Made by a program: the position numbers and the translations under genes
The notes under the pieces: model-generated
What the model was told of the DNA's origin: nothing
What the model saw: only the letters and a program-made list of their open reading frames with translations
Database searches by the model: none
Shown: in pieces, positions 37,458 to 41,882 of the stretch
Layout of the letters: the number at the start of each line of letters is the position of its first letter
How positions within the stretch are numbered: the stretch's first letter is position 1
IMG/VR virus record: IMGVR_UViG_3300029331_000006
Direction: 5' to 3' (one strand)
Origin: a virus
DNA: 41,882 bases

Positions 37458-39845
37458 TTAAGCTCTTTTAAACCCTTTTTGCACTCCGTAATCCTTGTTA
37501 AATTTAATAACCTTGTCGTATTTTTCCCAATCGTCAAACGATGAAATGATACTGTTAATCTCTATCGAATCCCTACGTTGAATTTGCCTAAAATCGCCGT
37601 TAAAGAGTTCGCACCATATTTCAAGCGCACACACTCTGTCACGTTCGACAAGTTTGTCTTCGGGTACAGTTACAATCTCCGACCAAAAATCCCGACGTTT
37701 TGCCAAGTCCCAACAGTTCCAATCACGCGGTACACGTTTATCAAGGAAGTCACGGATAAGTCCTTCCTTAACCGATACTTCTCTGTGGTCCGACTGTACT
37801 TGTTTTGCAAGCTGTTCCGTTTCCTTTGACAAATAAAGCGGTTCATTCTGCGTATAACGCACTTTTGCCTCCGCCCAAATTTGATTTATTTCATCATCAG
37901 TCAAATCGGTAAACACGCTCCTTTTTATCGGCACAATCTCCGTATCAACAGGCCAAAATCTTCTGTTACCGGTACGGTCACGAAGATAATCGCTGTTATT
38001 GCTCGTACCGAAAAATACACATCTTCGCGGGTGTTCCTGTACAATTCTGCCGTATGCCGCGCGGTATCTGTCCGACGTCTGCGACAGTATCTGCTTAACA
38101 CTGCCGACTTCCGACTTATTAAGTGCTTCAAGTTCGCTTATCTCTACAATCCATTTACCCTGTATAACCTCGCACAATTCCTTACCCTCGAACGTCTTTA
38201 TGCCGTCCGTAAACCACCTGTCAAAGCCGACTTTGCGAAGTATCGTACTCTTGCCTATGCCCTGCCTGCCCGACAGAATAAGCATATTATCGAATTTACT
38301 TCCCGGCTCATATGCTCTTGCGACCGCTCCGACGAACATTTTACGCGTCACTTCTCTTGTATATTCGTTATCCGCCGCACCGAGATAATCGACAAACAAT
38401 GTATCAAGTCGTTCCGTATTATCCCACGCAAGACCGTCCAAATACTCAACAATCGGGTCATACGCAACACGTCTGTAAAACACCGACAGCGCACGGAAAA
38501 CCTTATCATTACCCATTTTAATGCCGTACACATATTCAAGATACCACTGCAATCCGTCCGTATCGGAATCCTGCCAAACACGTTTTTCCGGTGCGTCCTT
38601 GTCCCAGGGCATAATGCCATCAATCTCCGCGTATCCCGTAAAATCGTTCATTTTGATTTTGCCTTTTAAATGCGAATCGTTCTCAATTATAAGAATAATA
38701 TTGTTAAGCGTCTTTTCGTAAGCGCCTGTATTTTCGTTTTTCTCCAACTTTAACGCCCACTGCATATCGTCCATTTCTTCGTTTTCTATACCGCCGAAAT
38801 CTTCCGCCGCTTTCTTTTGACGTTCCTTGAACATAAGCATTGAAACGTCACTGTCACCGTCTATAAGCTTGCACATTGCCGAATATGACGGCAGTTTCGA
38901 TACAGGTGTACCGTCCTTTGCGTCTGCGTCCGTATCACCGAATTTATGAATACGAACAAGGTCAAAACTGTTGCACAACTTACCGCTTGCAGGGTCTGTT
39001 GCGTGGTTTGAATACGCAAATTTGCCGTTTTCGTACACGACAAGTCCGCTTGAACTTGAGCCGTCCTTGTATGTGTATCTGTCGCCTACGGCACACTTTT
39101 CGTACACGTCCGAAAGGTATTTTTCTATGCACGAATGTATATCGTACGTTCTGCAAAATGCACCGATAACACCTTTTTTAAGCGTTGGGTCCTCTTGTTT
39201 TTTTACCTGTCTGTCCAACGCCTTTGTTGTTCTTGACGAAACGTACCAACTCGATACGTCGCGCCAATCTTCATATTTTGCAAGCACCTTGTCAACGTCA
39301 AGCGGTTTATTTTCCTCGTGTTCAAACACATACTCGCCGTCAATGCTCGTACTCGGCCAATACATTAAACGGTGCGGCTGATACGTTGTGTCGTCAAACA
39401 TATCTATACCAATATCATAAGCCACCATTCTTGCAACAGCTTCGTATTCATCCGGCGTACAAGGTCTTGACAGAAGTATCACCAAACGAAATCTCGGTTT
39501 CTCGGCTGTGTGCTTGTGCGTTGAGTAAATGCAGTATGTAAAGTCGTAAAACATTGAAATATTATCGCAAAAATCACTGTCGGCAAAGTCTGCGTCAAGC
39601 GTAAGCAAAATTCTGTTTTCGATACTTCCCGACTGTCGCTTGCCGTTTTTCACCTTACCGCCCACAAAACCGCCGACGTCCTTTATATCATCCTGTTGTG
39701 ACTTCGGCATATTTGCAAATTCACCTTGCGTTTCGCTCGTCCTTGTTGTCGTTTTCAGCCTTTCGACAAAATCTCCCCACGACATTTTTGTATTTTTCCA
39801 TAGTTTTGATTTTCTGCTTTGTCCCGTAGCAATTACTAAATCCAA
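37458..39845 (-). CDS. primase-polymerase / helicase (VirE-family P-loop protein)
   Basis: 795 aa. Walker A SGRQGIGKS, N-terminal prim-pol-like half, conserved synteny with PolA. Confidence 0.9.
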   Translation of the reverse strand: MDLVIATGQSRKSKLWKNTKMSWGDFVERLKTTTRTSETQGEFANMPKSQQDDIKDVGGFVGGKVKNGKRQSGSIENRILLTLDADFADSDFCDNISMFYDFTYCIYSTHKHTAEKPRFRLVILLSRPCTPDEYEAVARMVAYDIGIDMFDDTTYQPHRLMYWPSTSIDGEYVFEHEENKPLDVDKVLAKYEDWRDVSSWYVSSRTTKALDRQVKKQEDPTLKKGVIGAFCRTYDIHSCIEKYLSDVYEKCAVGDRYTYKDGSSSSGLVVYENGKFAYSNHATDPASGKLCNSFDLVRIHKFGDTDADAKDGTPVSKLPSYSAMCKLIDGDSDVSMLMFKERQKKAAEDFGGIENEEMDDMQWALKLEKNENTGAYEKTLNNIILIIENDSHLKGKIKMNDFTGYAEIDGIMPWDKDAPEKRVWQDSDTDGLQWYLEYVYGIKMGNDKVFRALSVFYRRVAYDPIVEYLDGLAWDNTERLDTLFVDYLGAADNEYTREVTRKMFVGAVARAYEPGSKFDNMLILSGRQGIGKSTILRKVGFDRWFTDGIKTFEGKELCEVIQGKWIVEISELEALNKSEVGSVKQILSQTSDRYRAAYGRIVQEHPRRCVFFGTSNNSDYLRDRTGNRRFWPVDTEIVPIKRSVFTDLTDDEINQIWAEAKVRYTQNEPLYLSKETEQLAKQVQSDHREVSVKEGLIRDFLDKRVPRDWNCWDLAKRRDFWSEIVTVPEDKLVERDRVCALEIWCELFNGDFRQIQRRDSIEINSIISSFDDWEKYDKVIKFNKDYGVQKGFKRA

Positions 39846-39858
39846 TTTATAACACCCC

Positions 39859-41808
39859 CTAATCTTTCATATAAAAATTACATTCGTATCCGTCCGCATT
39901 AAGCGGAAGTCCTTTCGCCCATTCAATCGGCTCACACATTATCGCCGCCAACTCCTCTGCACTCGACACGCCTTTCGGAACGTCGACTATAACCTCATCG
40001 TGAACGTGGAAATTAATCTTAAAACCTCTGTCCTCAAGCCGAATTATGCTTTCAGCCAAGCAATCCCTCGCAAACGCCTGTACTATGTTTTCAACAAGCT
40101 TACCGCCCCATGTTTCAAGTCTGCTCCAAGTTTTTGTTGTCTGATTCATACCCATATATGTAACGGCTTTTTTTCCAAATCTGTTTACTTCGATTTTCGG
40201 TTTAACGTAAGCGATTTTTCTTCCCGACGGCAGACCGATAAAAAGAATATTCGACTGTTTATAAAAAGAAATATCGTGTCTAATCTTGCTCGGATAACCC
40301 TCAACCGCCTTAATCGCCGCATTCTCGACCGTTCGCCAAAATGCCGTTATGGCAGGATTTGAATTCCGCCACTTATCCACGATACCTTGAAGTTCTTCTT
40401 CGTCAATACCCATTTTCAAAGCACCCATACTCACCATAGCTCCGACACTTCCGCCGTAACCGAGTGCAAGTTCGGCAATCTTGCCTTTCTGACGTAGCGG
40501 ATCGCCTTTGTGAATACTTTCAATCGGAACATGGAACATCTGACTTGCCGATGCCTCGTATATTTTTCCGTGAGTTTTAAATACTTCAAGTCGCCACTGC
40601 TCGCCTGCAAGATATGCAATAACTCTTGCCTCAATCGCCGAAAAGTCCGCTACTATAAATCGCCTGTCCTCACTCGGTACAAGTGCTGTTCGTATAAGCT
40701 CCGACAGCGTTTGCGGAACATTTCCGTAAAGCATTTCAAACAGTTCAAAATCGCCGTTTTCCACACATTCTCTTGCGTAATCAATATCTTTCAAATGGTT
40801 TTGCGGTAGGTTCTGCACCTGTACAATTCTTCCTGCCCAACGTCCTGTACGGTTTGCGCCGTAAAACTGCAAAAGTCCTCTTATTCGTCCGTCATCGCAG
40901 ACGCTCCGCTCCATTGCCTCGTACTTTGTTACGGACGTTTTCGCCATCATTGAACGCAGATATATCACTCTTTTCGCCTTTAGCGATATGCTTTCATCGG
41001 CTATAAGCTCCTTTAATTTTTCCTTGTTCAAGCTGTCGATTTTCTGCCCTGTTTCTTCTTCAAGCCACGCCTTTAGTTGCATAACCGATTTTGGATTTTC
41101 AAGCCCCGTTATTTTCTGTGCCTCGTCATAGCACCTGTCACTGTATTCCGTATTGAATTTGATTGCGTTTTCAACAAAGTTTCGGTCAACTCTTACACCT
41201 CTGTCGTTAATTCGTTGGTCATACGTCCACAGTTTTTGTTCACTGTCGCATATCGGAAATTGAGCGAGTTTCTTTTTTATCGCACGTTCCACTTCAACGT
41301 CCTGTATGCAGTATTCTTTGAATACTTCCCACTTGTCGGGTGCGTGCATCGGTAAATTTCTTGTACGTCCGCCGTTCGTCTTTGTCGGCTTACATGGTTT
41401 TGAGAAATAGTCAATCAAGGCTTTTCCGCGTTTGTCCTTTTGCTCCTCCAAGCCGAGTGCAACCGCCACCGCCGAAAGTGAAAGCGGAAGTCCGAGTTCA
41501 GACGCTTGTACCGCACTGCACCGCCACTGATTTACGGGCAAATTAATATTAAAATACTTACCGATACACGTTCTTTCAAAGTTCGCATTATACGCCGTTT
41601 TCAATACATCCCCGTCCGTCAATGCGTCCATTACTTCTGTCGGCAACGCCTCACCTTGTGCAAGGTCAATTATTTTTACTTCTTCATCATCAAACGCATA
41701 CGCAAATAACAAGATTTTAAAATCGGGGGCATTCGCATAAGCATATACCCCAGATTTAGTTAAATCAACACTTCCGTATGTTTCAATGTCGATACTGAGT
41801 GATTTCAT
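39859..41808 (-). CDS. family A DNA polymerase with a 3'-5' exonuclease domain
   Basis: Exo I DIETYG, motif A ADFSAIEARV, motif B KGKIAELALGYGG, motif C HVHDEV. Confidence 0.93.
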   Translation of the reverse strand: MKSLSIDIETYGSVDLTKSGVYAYANAPDFKILLFAYAFDDEEVKIIDLAQGEALPTEVMDALTDGDVLKTAYNANFERTCIGKYFNINLPVNQWRCSAVQASELGLPLSLSAVAVALGLEEQKDKRGKALIDYFSKPCKPTKTNGGRTRNLPMHAPDKWEVFKEYCIQDVEVERAIKKKLAQFPICDSEQKLWTYDQRINDRGVRVDRNFVENAIKFNTEYSDRCYDEAQKITGLENPKSVMQLKAWLEEETGQKIDSLNKEKLKELIADESISLKAKRVIYLRSMMAKTSVTKYEAMERSVCDDGRIRGLLQFYGANRTGRWAGRIVQVQNLPQNHLKDIDYARECVENGDFELFEMLYGNVPQTLSELIRTALVPSEDRRFIVADFSAIEARVIAYLAGEQWRLEVFKTHGKIYEASASQMFHVPIESIHKGDPLRQKGKIAELALGYGGSVGAMVSMGALKMGIDEEELQGIVDKWRNSNPAITAFWRTVENAAIKAVEGYPSKIRHDISFYKQSNILFIGLPSGRKIAYVKPKIEVNRFGKKAVTYMGMNQTTKTWSRLETWGGKLVENIVQAFARDCLAESIIRLEDRGFKINFHVHDEVIVDVPKGVSSAEELAAIMCEPIEWAKGLPLNADGYECNFYMKD

Positions 41809-41882
41809 TTTGCCACCTTTTAATTAAGAAAATCGTCGTCATCGTCATATAGTCCCGCAAAGTCGTCCTCCGCAGTGTTTCG
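41760..41882. repeat. Direct terminal repeat, copy 2 (identical to 1-123)
   Basis: Base-by-base identity with the window start. Confidence 0.95.

Larger units (their letters stand above)
1..41759. mobile_element. Complete temperate phage genome (contractile-tailed, PBSX/Xkd-like morphogenesis genes), one unit length
   Basis: Full set of replication, packaging, head, tail, lysis and lysogeny genes. The exact 123-bp end overlap closes the circle. Confidence 0.85.

Noticed and set aside
37881-38669. Long plus-strand ORF (262 aa) and similar plus-strand ORFs at 31695-32306, 25049-25561, 27844-28344, 1611-2066 and 21483-21863
   Set aside because: All lie antisense to minus-strand genes with clear family signatures. 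They have odd composition (Cys/Phe/Arg-rich, low complexity) and no RBS, so they are shadow ORFs.
1-41882. Visual scan on both strands for CRISPR arrays, tRNA/tmRNA genes, reverse transcriptase (DGR or retron), transposases and methyltransferases
   Set aside because: No spaced direct-repeat arrays, no cloverleaf-like segments in the intergenic regions, and no ORFs with the corresponding motifs were seen. A tRNA or covariance-model search would be needed for certainty.

Overview
The window is one complete temperate phage genome of about 41.76 kb. Bases 1-123 recur exactly at 41760-41882, so the contig is circularly closed or terminally redundant, with a unit length of 41759 bp. All family names below come from reading the translated ORFs by eye; no database search was run. 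The gene families (PBSX Xkd-like contractile tail, TcdE-like holin, YjcQ, large serine integrase) point to a low-GC Firmicutes host, which is an inference.

Nearly all genes are on the minus strand.
- Early and replication module: Cro-like HTH, Bro-N/KilAC antirepressor, small ORFs, DUF2800 nuclease, DUF2815 ssDNA-binding protein. Across the window junction it continues with family A DNA polymerase, VirE-type primase-helicase, VRR-NUC, SNF2 helicase and a sigma-region-4-like late regulator.
- Packaging and head: TerS, TerL, SPP1-type portal, MuF-like minor head protein, scaffold, major capsid protein, connectors.
- Contractile tail: sheath, tube, chaperone with a -1 frameshift, tape measure, XkdP/Q/R/S/T/U-like baseplate proteins and a tail fibre.
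- Lysis: XkdX-like protein, holin and amidase endolysin.
- Plus-strand lysogeny block: an S24 self-cleaving CI repressor, two diverged DUF4258 / YgiT-zinc-finger toxin-antitoxin-like pairs flanking an unknown ORF, and a large serine integrase.

The most unusual feature is a 2.8-kb island (17568-20351), bracketed by terminators, that interrupts the tail-baseplate operon. It carries four near-consensus promoters, two tandem ribbon-helix-helix genes, a divergent XRE/XRE switch, a second Bro-N antirepressor-like gene and a predicted antisense small RNA. The layout recalls the P22 immI secondary immunity region.

Other notable points:
- a MuF protein with a C-terminal HExxH domain and a translationally coupled micro-ORF
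- an iteron-type origin
- a four-site operator set for CI
- promoter-gene-terminator morons
- several intrinsic terminators inside the late gene string
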